64,000 nucleotides of DNA from an uncultured Thermoplasmata archaeon (GTDB lineage: Archaea; Thermoplasmatota; Thermoplasmata; UBA10834): positions 64,001 through 128,000 of the forward strand of contig CAVRDX010000004.1 of assembly GCA_963719945.1 (NCBI GenBank), in the 5' to 3' direction. The notes under the pieces were generated by a model, which ran no database searches, was not told the origin of the DNA, and was given only the letters and a program-made list of their open reading frames with translations. The translations under genes and the position numbers were made by a program. Positions 19,862-30,085 of the stretch are shown one piece after another. Each line of letters opens with the position of its first letter. The first letter of the stretch is position 1.

Positions 19862-20179
19862 TTTGCACCTAAGAATCAATGCGTGGGTTATTGGCCTTTT
19901 GGTTGATTCTATAGAAGGGTGCCCGGTGGGAACCGACCATGCCGCCGCGATGCGATGAATCCGATCAGAAGGAGTCGATGGATGAATTCACAATAACTGG
20001 CCCCGAAACATTGACCGAGTAAGTATATATATGGCGACCAGGTTATTTAGCACATTCATAGTTCCGAATGCACTCCATGATGCACATTATGGGGAAACGT
20101 GCTATATTGGGATTAATGATACCCCCACTAGAATTGATTTCAAGAGCCCAATCCACTCGAAGCTCAGAGGAGAACGAGA

Positions 20180-22561
20180 ATGCAGAAAAAGGATGATACG
20201 GAAAAGAAACTCGTCTCATGCCCGAATTGTGGGCAGAAGACTTCCGTTTCCGAGGGCGGCTGCGAGCATTGTGCCGCCCCATTACCAGAGGATTCTCATT
20301 CGAGCGAGGGAGGCATCGATGAACTTAGGGCAGTTCCTGGAGTCGGCGAAGCAAAGGCCCATGTCCTTCTAAAAGCCGGTTACAAGAACGTCAAGGACCT
20401 GCAGAATGCAGACCAGAGCGAATTGGCCGGTGTCAGAGGAATCGGGGACAAATTGGCCGCGAAGATAATCAAAGGTGCTCAATCACTGGCGGGCCCTGAG
20501 GACAAAGAACTAGCCCATTGGCTGGCCGGAGAGGACGAAGGCCTATCCGCATGGATCTCGGGCGAGGAACATGAGGGGAAGGATGCAATGGTAGCGACCG
20601 AACCGGAAGCCTTCCAAGACGATTCGCTGGCGAAATGGCTCGCCGGTACTGAGGATAATCTCGATTCTTGGCTTGATGAGACCAAGATGAAGAGCGTCCC
20701 GGAACCGAAGAAGACCGTGTCCGAAGAGGTGATCGAGCACGGAGAGGAGATCACACAGCTCCGTGAAACATTGAGCCAGAAACTGAAACAGTTCGAGACC
20801 GACGGATTCAACCCGCAGGCAATCCTGGATGAATTAATCCGTACGAAGAGCGAAGTCGAGGCCGCGCGCGTCCACAGAAAGCATCTGGAAGAGGAGCTGG
20901 AGAACGTCAAACGCGGAAGCATCGCTGTCATCAAGTTCATCAAGAAACAACAGGGGTCGCCCGTGGATGCGGAGAACCTCGCAGACAAGCTCGCGTCCGA
21001 GATGGCCCAGAGGGAGGACCTCGAGCTGAAGGCCATGGAACTCGAGAAACAACTCACTGATCTCAGAGAAAAGACAGAGAAGGGTATCGCCGAGATGCCC
21101 GTGGATGCACAGTCTCTCAAGCGCCAGGAGATCGAGCTGTCGCAGAGGATGGCGCAGATCGAAGCCTATGAACTACAGCTCAAGGCCAAGGAGAACACGC
21201 TCCAGGAAGGCATAATATCCTATGGCAAAGGACCCTCGGACAGCGAGGAGCGCATCAGGGAATTGGAGGAGTATTCCGCCAAGGAGCGCGCACTCAACGA
21301 GCAGATACACGAATTGGAGGCGAAGCTCTCTCGGACAGAATTCGATATGAAGCATCTGGAAGAGAAGGCGAAGATATCAGAGAAGAAGGGATCCGCAATG
21401 GATCCAGAGCTGCTGAAGAGGTTGGAGCAGGCCCAGAGCCTCGAACGATCGTTCGCTCTGAGGGAACAAGAGCTGGAGAAGCTGAAGGAAGAGTTGAGGA
21501 TACGAGACGACGAGATGAAGAAACTCAAGGAACCTTTGGCCTACAAGGAGCAGGAGATGATCCGCCGAGAGGAGGACCTGATGTTCAGGGAGAGACTCCT
21601 CGAGGAGGAACTGAAGAGGGTCTCCCAGCAGAAGGCCGAACTCACGAACACTGACGAATTGACCATGAAGCAGCGCCTCGAAGAGTTGCAGGGGCAGATC
21701 ACCCAGAAGGAAGAGGAGATAAGGAACAAGGAGAAGTACTTCTCAGCGAAGGAGGACGAACTCCGTGCGAGGGAGCAGGGACTCATAACGGACGAGATCG
21801 AGAAGAGGGAGCAGGACAGGCTCATCGAACTCAAGCAGGAGAAGGTCAAGACGGGGACCTCCAGACTCGATGATTTGCTCCTTGGCGGTGCGCCGTTCGG
21901 GTCGAACATGCTGATCTATGGTCCGCCATTCACCGGCAAGGAAGTTCTCATGAATTCATTCATCGCGGAGGGGCTGAAGAAAGGCATCCCTGCGATATGG
22001 GTCATCACCGAGAAATCGCCCAAGGAGATCAGGAACGAGATGATGTTCGTGCTCTCAGGATACGAGGAATATGAGAGCAGAGGGCTCGTGAGATACGTGG
22101 ATACTTATTCCCGGAGCATGGGCGATGAGACCGAGGACCCATACACGGAATATGTCGAGGCACCCACGGATTATGAATCGATCCAGAAGGCGTTGGAGAC
22201 GGCGGCTAAGGCGTTCAAGAAGGATCATGAATACTACAGGATGGCTTTCAGATCGATCTCCACCCTCATAGCGTATCTGGACCCGAACACAGCATTCAGA
22301 TTCCTCAGTCCGGTCGCCGGCAGAAGGAAGAGGGACAAAGCGGTCTCGATGTACACTATAGAGAAGGGCGTCCACGGAGACCAGGAGATCCAGATGCTCG
22401 GATCGCTCATGGACGGCATGATCGAATTCAAACTCGAGAACCTTAACACTTTCCTATCGGTGAAGGGTATCTGCGAGGTTCAGTCTAGGGCTTTCATAAG
22501 ATACTCGTTCACCAAGTCCGGACTGAACATCGGATCGTTCTCACTGGACCACATAAGATGA
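20180..22561 (+). CDS. zinc ribbon-HhH-coiled coil-KaiC/RAD55-like ATPase multidomain protein
   Basis: CPNC/CEHC; tandem HhH (PGVG, RGIG); several hundred residues of coiled coil; TGTSRLDDLLLGG, GPPFTGKE, MDGMIEF. Confidence 0.82.
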   Translation: MQKKDDTEKKLVSCPNCGQKTSVSEGGCEHCAAPLPEDSHSSEGGIDELRAVPGVGEAKAHVLLKAGYKNVKDLQNADQSELAGVRGIGDKLAAKIIKGAQSLAGPEDKELAHWLAGEDEGLSAWISGEEHEGKDAMVATEPEAFQDDSLAKWLAGTEDNLDSWLDETKMKSVPEPKKTVSEEVIEHGEEITQLRETLSQKLKQFETDGFNPQAILDELIRTKSEVEAARVHRKHLEEELENVKRGSIAVIKFIKKQQGSPVDAENLADKLASEMAQREDLELKAMELEKQLTDLREKTEKGIAEMPVDAQSLKRQEIELSQRMAQIEAYELQLKAKENTLQEGIISYGKGPSDSEERIRELEEYSAKERALNEQIHELEAKLSRTEFDMKHLEEKAKISEKKGSAMDPELLKRLEQAQSLERSFALREQELEKLKEELRIRDDEMKKLKEPLAYKEQEMIRREEDLMFRERLLEEELKRVSQQKAELTNTDELTMKQRLEELQGQITQKEEEIRNKEKYFSAKEDELRAREQGLITDEIEKREQDRLIELKQEKVKTGTSRLDDLLLGGAPFGSNMLIYGPPFTGKEVLMNSFIAEGLKKGIPAIWVITEKSPKEIRNEMMFVLSGYEEYESRGLVRYVDTYSRSMGDETEDPYTEYVEAPTDYESIQKALETAAKAFKKDHEYYRMAFRSISTLIAYLDPNTAFRFLSPVAGRRKRDKAVSMYTIEKGVHGDQEIQMLGSLMDGMIEFKLENLNTFLSVKGICEVQSRAFIRYSFTKSGLNIGSFSLDHIR

Positions 22562-22575
22562 TGGAATCTGGTCTA

Positions 22576-23013
22576 TCAGGCCACTTCCATGGAAGACTTA
22601 TGATCCTTTGCGCCCGGCATCCTGGCATCCCGTTTCATTGCGACCTGCGGTGGCGGCAACGGTGGTGGCAAGCCTATATCCCTCGCTACGGTGACGGATG
22701 CGGGCATGCAGTTCGCGAAGATCGCGTTCAGGATAGGGTTGAATACAGTCTGAGGGAGCTCCTTCTTGTTGGCCCATTGAGATGCGATGGTCTGCGCTTC
22801 CCCATCCCACACAACTTTGCCTTCGATCTTGATTATCCCTACACCGACGTAACTGACCGTGAAAGTGAATTCCACCATGGCGTCTTTCTCAGACATCGCC
22901 GATATGCTCGTCACAGAAGTATTGTGATCGACCCTGAGCTGAGGAACCCGTTCCCCCAATTTCGTGAATCTCTTCGCGTCGAGCGACACTAGTTCGAATG
23001 ATTTGATTGGCAT
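22576..23013 (-). CDS. conserved archaeal protein, possible SecB-like fold
   Basis: Beta-rich N-terminal half, then a helix and an ARDIGLPPP motif. Confidence 0.65.
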   Translation of the reverse strand: MPIKSFELVSLDAKRFTKLGERVPQLRVDHNTSVTSISAMSEKDAMVEFTFTVSYVGVGIIKIEGKVVWDGEAQTIASQWANKKELPQTVFNPILNAIFANCMPASVTVARDIGLPPPLPPPQVAMKRDARMPGAKDHKSSMEVA

Positions 23014-23122
23014 TCTGGTTCTCCTCCGTCCCTCAACTCATAGAACATATCAGGACATGAATCTATTCCAATAAAGGGTCACAGATCGAGGTACAGCACC
23101 TCGATCATCTTGGATATGGGAA

Positions 23123-23198
23123 TGGTGCCGTGGGCCGGACTCGAACCAGCGACTTCAAGATCTTCAGTCTTGCACTCTCCCAACTGAGTTACCACGGC
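23123..23198 (-). tRNA. tRNA-Phe(GAA), CCA encoded
   Basis: GCCGTGG…CTGAAGA…TTCGAGT…CCACGGCACCA folds as a 76-nt cloverleaf. Confidence 0.97.
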
Positions 23199-23462
23199 TC
23201 AATGCTGGGAAAGGCAGTTAGGCGGAACTCGGTATTAAATCTTCGGTGATTCGCATCATGCGGAGCGCAAGAACGGATATCGACGGCTTCAATGAGGTTT
23301 TCGGGCGAGATTAATCAACGTCGACGGCTAGTGCGACCGACCGTATCCGCCCAACCTGGAGTGGAAAAATAAGGTGTATTCCAGACGATACCAGAAACGA
23401 AGGCTTTAAATATGTTCCAGACGCTGATTAGGTTGCTTCAGAAACCCCCTTTCGGTGGTAGG

Positions 23463-24455
23463 ATGGACTTGTCAGAAATTCAAGCTAGCTATTCTGGAAA
23501 CTCCGTTATTGACCGTATAAGGCGATCGCCGAGATGGAACAATGATGAGGGGGTTGCTTCGACAATCGGCACAATCATGTCGCTGCTTGTCTTCCTTACG
23601 TTCATGGGCATGTTTACCAACCAGTTCGTCCCTGTCTGGATGAGCGATAACGAAAGTACGCACATGGCAACTGTCATCCAGCAGATGATCACGCTCAAGT
23701 CCCAGATCGACGGGTTGGTCGCAGACTATTCGAACAGCCTTCTGGCCCCGACACCCATTTTCGTCCCGATAACTCTGCATGCTTCAGGCATACCGATATT
23801 CGCCGAACCTACTGCAGGAATATTACGATTCAGTCCTCAATCCACCAACGGTTACCCGTCGTTCAACGCGACATTCGCGGGAGATGAACAGACATTGAGC
23901 ACGGCTGATGACGGACACACTGGCGGATACGTCGACCTATATGCACCGAACAGGTACTTCATCGAGCAGCACCTGACCTATGATTGTGGTGCCCTGATAC
24001 TCAGCCAGCCGGATGGAGAATACATCATCGCGGGGCTTCAGTTCTCGGTCACGAATATCGTTACAGGCGCCGATACCAGCAGAGTTGTCAAATTGTCACA
24101 GGTCTCGATGCTGGGCCTGAACAAGACCATAGGCGGGACTGGCACGAAGGGGATATACGCGGATCTTCTCTATGCGAACACCAATGTATATGAAAGCACA
24201 GTAGGAGCTGACCTCACCCTCACTATAGTGAGCAAGCACGGAAACGCTTGGCTGACCTATTTCAACAAGGCGCTCAACAACTCGATGGCTGGCCTAACAT
24301 ACGGTGCAGACTTCGAAATGGGGCCTCTGACCCTGCATGACCAGATGGGTACTCAGTTCGATTACTACACATTGACAGTCACGATAAAGGATGTGAACGT
24401 CTTGGACCACACGCGCGCGACGGTCCAAGTGACACTGGGCGAGGTGGCCCCTTAG
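23463..24455 (+). CDS. large type IV pilin-like protein
   Basis: Class III-like signal NNDEG/VASTIGTIMSLLVFLTF…VPVW; first gene of the pilus locus. Confidence 0.75.
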   Translation: MDLSEIQASYSGNSVIDRIRRSPRWNNDEGVASTIGTIMSLLVFLTFMGMFTNQFVPVWMSDNESTHMATVIQQMITLKSQIDGLVADYSNSLLAPTPIFVPITLHASGIPIFAEPTAGILRFSPQSTNGYPSFNATFAGDEQTLSTADDGHTGGYVDLYAPNRYFIEQHLTYDCGALILSQPDGEYIIAGLQFSVTNIVTGADTSRVVKLSQVSMLGLNKTIGGTGTKGIYADLLYANTNVYESTVGADLTLTIVSKHGNAWLTYFNKALNNSMAGLTYGADFEMGPLTLHDQMGTQFDYYTLTVTIKDVNVLDHTRATVQVTLGEVAP

Positions 24456-24465
24456 AGGTGAGCTT

Positions 24466-26226
24466 TTGGCTGAAGCAGAGGCGAAGATTGAATATGACAT
24501 ACCCGTGAAAGCCCCCAAGCAGCCAATGGGTGCCCGCATCTGGCGCGGATACATCAACGCCGTAAGCAGACTCAAATCAGAGCCGATCAAAGTCAGATCT
24601 GCCAAGGGTGCTGCTGCTCGGAGGAAGCAGTGGAAGGACGGGAAGGGTTCACCATACACCGAGATCCCACCCATCACAGACCCAGATATCCAGGAGATGG
24701 CGTTCTATCCAGTGGTTGATCCGTTCAGCTATGTGAGAGTAACTTACAACGCAGTCACCAGTGATTACATATTGAGCGTGATCGAGCCAGTGCTCACCGA
24801 AGATGAAGAAGCGTTGATGAAGAAGATCAAGAACACCTTCGAGATGACCCTCGATTACGAGTGGGAGAAACTCGACCAGATGAACAAGAAGACCTATCTG
24901 CAGAGGAGTGTTGATAGCTACATCAGGTCGAGGGGGATCAGGCTCGAACCGATCTCGGAAGATAAGGTGAAGTACTTCATCACCAGGGATTTCGTCGGAT
25001 ATGGCCCCATAGATGCATTGATGAGCGACATCCATGTCGAGGACGTGTCTTGCGACGGCGTCGGCATCCCGCTGTTCCTCTTCCATAACAAATTCGAATC
25101 AATCAAAACCAATATCGTGTTCGAAGATGAGGACGACCTCAACTCATTCGTCATATCACTTGGCCAGAGATGTGGAAAGCAGCTCTCCGTCTCGAACCCA
25201 ATACTCGATGGTACGACACCGGAAGGGCACAGAGTCCAGGCAACTTATGCCAGAGAAGTGACCACGAGGGGTGCCTCATTCACAATCAGACGGTTCAAGG
25301 AGAAACCGTTCACGCCAGTCGAACTGATCAAGTACGGCACCGCGTCACCAGAGATAGTTGCGTATCTGTGGCTCAGTGTCGAACATGGAGAATCGGCCAT
25401 CATAGCCGGAGGCACAGCGAGTGGAAAGACGGCGACGCTCAACGCCATGTCGCTATTCATACCTCCTGGTGCCAAGGTCGTCACCATGGAGGATACTAGA
25501 GAGATCAACCTGCCTCATGAGAACTGGATACCTGGCACGACAAGATCTGGCTCCGGGGAGAGGGGACCTGACGGAAAGACCGCCGGGGAGATAGACATGT
25601 ACGACCTCGTCAGGGCGGCATTGAGACAGAGGCCGAACTACATCATCGTCGGAGAGGTGAGAGGAAAGGAAACCTACACCATGTTCCAGGCGATGGCGAC
25701 AGGTCACACGACCTTCTCGACCATGCACGCGGATTCCGTCAAAGGCATGGTCAACAGATTAGAGAACCCGCCGATCAACTGTCCCAGGATTCTGCTCACT
25801 GCCCTCAGGAATGTCATCATCCAGACACATGCAAGAGTCGGAATGGACATGGTCAGGAGAATCAAACAACTCATCGAGATCGTCGGTTTCGAACCAGAAA
25901 CGAACGAACTCATCAGCAACACGGTGTATGAGTGGGATCAGGCCACTGATAAGTTCATCTTCAAGGGTCACAGCTTCCTGTTCGACAAGATCATGGAGAT
26001 GAAGAACCTAACACATGAAGAGCTGCTGCAGGAATTCGAGCGGCGTGTTGATATCGTGAAATACATGGTGTCCAAGGACATGTCTAGCCATGTGGACATC
26101 TGGAACCTCATCAAATCATACTACAAGGATCCCAAGGCGGAGGCGGAAAGGGTTCGAAAGGACATGCGCCCAGCGGCCGCTCAGAGCGGTCTGAAGATGC
26201 CGACAGGAGGTGCTGAATCTGCCTGA
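24466..26226 (+). CDS. type IV pilus/archaellum-family assembly ATPase (FlaI/TadA-like) 1
   Basis: EDVSCDG, SFTIRRF, GGTASGKT, EDTRE, LRQRP…VGEVRG, TGH…TMHA. Confidence 0.92.
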   Translation: MAEAEAKIEYDIPVKAPKQPMGARIWRGYINAVSRLKSEPIKVRSAKGAAARRKQWKDGKGSPYTEIPPITDPDIQEMAFYPVVDPFSYVRVTYNAVTSDYILSVIEPVLTEDEEALMKKIKNTFEMTLDYEWEKLDQMNKKTYLQRSVDSYIRSRGIRLEPISEDKVKYFITRDFVGYGPIDALMSDIHVEDVSCDGVGIPLFLFHNKFESIKTNIVFEDEDDLNSFVISLGQRCGKQLSVSNPILDGTTPEGHRVQATYAREVTTRGASFTIRRFKEKPFTPVELIKYGTASPEIVAYLWLSVEHGESAIIAGGTASGKTATLNAMSLFIPPGAKVVTMEDTREINLPHENWIPGTTRSGSGERGPDGKTAGEIDMYDLVRAALRQRPNYIIVGEVRGKETYTMFQAMATGHTTFSTMHADSVKGMVNRLENPPINCPRILLTALRNVIIQTHARVGMDMVRRIKQLIEIVGFEPETNELISNTVYEWDQATDKFIFKGHSFLFDKIMEMKNLTHEELLQEFERRVDIVKYMVSKDMSSHVDIWNLIKSYYKDPKAEAERVRKDMRPAAAQSGLKMPTGGAESA

Positions 26227-27253
26227 AATCTCCGATGTCTTCATGAGAGTCGAAACCAAGAAGGGAGAGTACCTCAAAACGAAACTGACCCAGAGAGGGG
26301 AGGATATCGGGCCTCATGGAGTCCGATTGACCAAGGGTGCCGTCCCCGACTATGTCAGTTTGACCAATTATCAGGATTTCTCCTGGCGCATAATGGGCAA
26401 GTTCGCGAGCGATCGGATGACACCCGCCAATAACCAGGTCCTCGAAGAATCGCTCACCAAGGCCCATATGAAGATACGGGCCGAAGAGTACTATGCATAT
26501 GTACTCATGAGCACAGTCGTCGCGTTCATCATAGGAGTGGTCATAGCAGTGGTCGTCGGAATCATCCTCTTCGGGGTGATGGGCGTGTCATTGACACTCA
26601 GGATCATGATATCAGGTGCGGCGATCGGCCTGTTACCCGTTATGGCGTTCTTCATGCTTATGGGATCGCCTGGCGGAAAGGCAAAGTCCAGGGGCAGGGA
26701 CATCGACAAGAAGATCGCAGCTGCGATGAGCTTCATCTCTGCTATGGCATCAGCAGATGTCAACATTGATATCATATTCAAGGAACTTTCGAGGCAGACG
26801 ATCTACGGTGAGATCGCAGCTGAATCCTCGTGGATTACGCGTGATACGGAACTTCTCGGATTGGATATCTTGAGCGCCATCAAGAAAGCGGCCAAGAGGT
26901 CCCCATCGGCCAAGTTCCAGGAATTCCTGCAGGGAGTCATCACGACCTCCACATCCGGTGGGCAGCTCAAGCCGTACTTCCTGCTCAAGGCAGATGAATA
27001 CCAGAAAGAGAACAAGCTCGCCATGAAGTCCCAGATGGAGACACTGGGAATGCTCGCCGAATCGTTCGTCACAGTCGTCGTTGCTTTCCCTCTATTCCTT
27101 GTTCTCATCTTAGCGATCATGGCAATCGTAGGCGGAGGAGACTCGAGCATGATGATCACCCTCCTGTACCTTATCGTCATTGGAATGATCCCGATCTCGC
27201 AATTCGGATTCATATTTGTCATTTGGAACATGTCACAGGAAGGTGCGATGTAG
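26210..27253 (+). CDS. TadC/FlaJ-like membrane platform protein
   Basis: T2SSF-type YGEI…LGLD…SPS…F…SGG pattern plus TM helices. Confidence 0.88.
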   Translation: MLNLPEISDVFMRVETKKGEYLKTKLTQRGEDIGPHGVRLTKGAVPDYVSLTNYQDFSWRIMGKFASDRMTPANNQVLEESLTKAHMKIRAEEYYAYVLMSTVVAFIIGVVIAVVVGIILFGVMGVSLTLRIMISGAAIGLLPVMAFFMLMGSPGGKAKSRGRDIDKKIAAAMSFISAMASADVNIDIIFKELSRQTIYGEIAAESSWITRDTELLGLDILSAIKKAAKRSPSAKFQEFLQGVITTSTSGGQLKPYFLLKADEYQKENKLAMKSQMETLGMLAESFVTVVVAFPLFLVLILAIMAIVGGGDSSMMITLLYLIVIGMIPISQFGFIFVIWNMSQEGAM

Positions 27254-27254
27254 G

Positions 27255-28187
27255 ATGGCAGTGAAGAAGCTCAGCCAGGCAGAGCAGGAGAGGGCGATCA
27301 AGAAGATCCTGGCTACTGAGAAATCAGATAAGACCAAAACCATCCTGGTAGGCTCGATCGTCGCTGTGCTCATATGCGTGTTCGCAGCGATCATAGACAT
27401 GATAGGCAGCCTTTCGCTCCCATTCGACCCCATCGATTACATCATCTTTGGAATAATGGCATTCCTTGCCCCATACGGGTTCTACACATCAAGGAAGGAA
27501 AAGAACATCAGAGAGATCGAGACCAGACTGCCCGATTTCCTCAGAGATGTGGCGGAGGCAGGAAGATTCGGAATGACGTTGGCTGACTCGATTGTCGTCG
27601 CATCATCCGGCAGATACGGTCGACTGACCCCAGAGATCCAGAAGATGTCTGCACAGATAGAATGGGGGGTACCCGCATCTGAGGCCATCCGACTATTCTC
27701 GGAGAGGGTCAAGACGCCACTGGTCATAAGAATGACATCGATAATCAGGAAGGCCAACGACGCAGGTGGCAACGTCGCCGATGTCCTCACGATGGTTTCC
27801 CACGATGCCAAGGAATCCATCCTCACACAGGAGGAGCGGAATGTGACCATGTCGACCTATGTGATGGTCGTCTACATATCATTCTTCGTGTTCATCGCGA
27901 CCATATTGATCCTGGACCTGCAGTTCCTCCCTAAGATGGAGGAGGCGGGAACGACGGTGAACGATGCGGCTCAGGAGATGGGATTACAGGAGATTCCGGG
28001 AGTCAACATCAAGGTCGCCCTCATCGACGATATCTCATTCATATTCCTACTTGCGATAGTGGTGCATGCAGTTGGGGATGGGCTGCTAGCTGGTGTCATC
28101 CAGAAGGGGAGCATACCCATAGGAATGAGACACAGTTTCATCATGTTGCTTTCAGGATTCGTGTCCCTAAGGTTACTGTTTGCGTGA
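27255..28187 (+). CDS. TadB/C-like membrane platform protein
   Basis: LPDFLRDVAE…GMTL…YGRL…WG…GG pattern plus TM helices. Confidence 0.88.
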   Translation: MAVKKLSQAEQERAIKKILATEKSDKTKTILVGSIVAVLICVFAAIIDMIGSLSLPFDPIDYIIFGIMAFLAPYGFYTSRKEKNIREIETRLPDFLRDVAEAGRFGMTLADSIVVASSGRYGRLTPEIQKMSAQIEWGVPASEAIRLFSERVKTPLVIRMTSIIRKANDAGGNVADVLTMVSHDAKESILTQEERNVTMSTYVMVVYISFFVFIATILILDLQFLPKMEEAGTTVNDAAQEMGLQEIPGVNIKVALIDDISFIFLLAIVVHAVGDGLLAGVIQKGSIPIGMRHSFIMLLSGFVSLRLLFA

Positions 28188-29935
28188 TTGAGATGTCTGA
28201 AACAGAGCAGGCCAAGATTGAAATGGAACAACAGCCAAACGCGCCGGAAGCAGAGGCAACTCCGCCACCAGAGGAGGAGAAGGCGAAGAGCGGAGGCTTT
28301 CTGGCGGCGTACTATGGATTCCTGATGAAGATCAGGCCCAGGCCTATGAGGATCACAGTCATGAAGAACGAGATCCAGGTCGACACGAGTCAGATCACGG
28401 AGATACCAAAGCTGACCGAGTCGAATATAGATGAGGTCGAGATATCCCCGGTCAAGCAGAACTATTCATACGTCAGGATAAGGTACGACAACAAAGCCAA
28501 CGAATACACATATGAGGTAATCGAACCGAAGTTGCTGGGAGACGAGGCGGCTGTGGTCGCCCTCCTGAAAGAGACCCTCATAGCATCCGTCGAAAAGATG
28601 ACCGAGGAGGAACCTTCGGAGAAGGAGAAGTATCTGAGACGAATCATCGAGGAGCTGATGAACCTTCTCGGGATCTCACTGCACCCGATATCCAAAGAGA
28701 GGGTGATGTACTATCTTCTCAGAGATTTCCTCGGTTATGGTGTCATCGACGTGATGATGAATGAGCCCAATGTGGAGGATTGCTCGTGCGATGGGGTCAA
28801 CGTCCCGCTCTACATCTATCACAGGAAGTACGGTTCAATAAGGTCCAACCTCAGGTTCGAGAAGGAGGTGGAACTCGATGGTTTCGTGGTGTGGCTCGCC
28901 CAGAAGTGCGGCAAACACATCTCGGTCGCGAGTCCACTTCTGGACGCAACTATCCCGGACGGTTCTAGATTGCAGGCGACTCTGGGAAAGCATGTGACGA
29001 AGAGAGGTTCGTCATTCACCATCAGACGGTTCAAGGAGAACCCTTTCACCCCGCTTGACCTACTCAAGTTCAAGACGATGAGCACGGAGATGATGGCATA
29101 CCTCTGGATAGGCATAGAACACGGACAGTCGATGCTCGTGTGCGGAGGCACTGCGAGTGGAAAGACCACCACACTCAACGCAGTCCTCCTTTTCATACCC
29201 CCACAGATGAAGATCGTCTCGATCGAGGATACCAGGGAACTCAACCTTCCACATGAGAATTGGGTTCCGGGTCTGACCCGAGAAGGTTTCGGTGGGAAGA
29301 GCATGGTCACTGGGAAATCTTCCGGTGAGATCGACATGTTCGACTTGCTCACGGCCGCGATGAGGCAGAGACCTCAGTACCTGATGGTCGGTGAGGTCAG
29401 AGGTAAGGAAGCGTACGTCGTGTTCCAAGCCATGGCGACAGGTAAGACCTGCTATTCGACTTTCCACGCAGAGGATGTCCAGGCGATGGTGCACAGAATG
29501 GAAAACGACCCCATCAACCTGCCAAGGGCGCTGATCACAGCTCTCAACATCGTCATGCTGCAGGCTCAGGTCAAGGTCGGGACGAAGATGACCAGACGGG
29601 TCAAGTCATTGACGGAGATCGTCGGCATCGACCCTGAGACCGATGAGCTGATCACCAACTCAGTCTACACATGGAACCCAGCCGATGACACTTTCAACTA
29701 TAGCGGTCACAGCTACGTGTACGAGAAGGTCAGAATGGCCAGGAACTGGGCACCTCGAGAGATGGAAAGGGAGATCAAGAGGCGTGTCGACATTCTCGAG
29801 TACATGAAGAAGGTGAGCATCGACAACCACAGGAAGGTTGCCACAATCATATCTGCGTATTACAAGGATCCAGACAAGGTCATGAAGGAGGTCCGGGCGA
29901 AACTGGCAGAGACCGGACCACCTCAGCGAATCTGA
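28184..29935 (+). CDS. type IV pilus-family assembly ATPase 2
   Basis: GGTASGKT, EDTRE, MRQRP…VGEVRG; His box reads TGK…TFHA. Confidence 0.92.
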   Translation: MIEMSETEQAKIEMEQQPNAPEAEATPPPEEEKAKSGGFLAAYYGFLMKIRPRPMRITVMKNEIQVDTSQITEIPKLTESNIDEVEISPVKQNYSYVRIRYDNKANEYTYEVIEPKLLGDEAAVVALLKETLIASVEKMTEEEPSEKEKYLRRIIEELMNLLGISLHPISKERVMYYLLRDFLGYGVIDVMMNEPNVEDCSCDGVNVPLYIYHRKYGSIRSNLRFEKEVELDGFVVWLAQKCGKHISVASPLLDATIPDGSRLQATLGKHVTKRGSSFTIRRFKENPFTPLDLLKFKTMSTEMMAYLWIGIEHGQSMLVCGGTASGKTTTLNAVLLFIPPQMKIVSIEDTRELNLPHENWVPGLTREGFGGKSMVTGKSSGEIDMFDLLTAAMRQRPQYLMVGEVRGKEAYVVFQAMATGKTCYSTFHAEDVQAMVHRMENDPINLPRALITALNIVMLQAQVKVGTKMTRRVKSLTEIVGIDPETDELITNSVYTWNPADDTFNYSGHSYVYEKVRMARNWAPREMEREIKRRVDILEYMKKVSIDNHRKVATIISAYYKDPDKVMKEVRAKLAETGPPQRI

Positions 29936-30085
29936 TCCAGATGGTCTCGTTTTCGGTAGACTTCATGTGATATGGCATGAGCGACAGCTCTTTGCGGCTC
30001 TATACAGAGCGCATCAAGTTGATTAGCCATTAAGAAAAATGAAAAGCCATCAAAGGGTTTTGTGGGTTTTGAGGAGAGGATCAGC

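Noticed and set aside
19950-20010. Second possible C/D sRNA (GCGATGA…GGATGA…CCGA)
   Set aside because: Degenerate boxes, short first guide, no terminal stem or identifiable target.
23355-23378. ORB-like CTGGAGTGGAAAAATAAGGTGT
   Set aside because: Lacks the TCCA core and G-string; isolated.
25270-29045. Nucleotide repeats shared by the two pilus ATPase genes
   Set aside because: Explained by paralogous coding sequence, not a mobile repeat.
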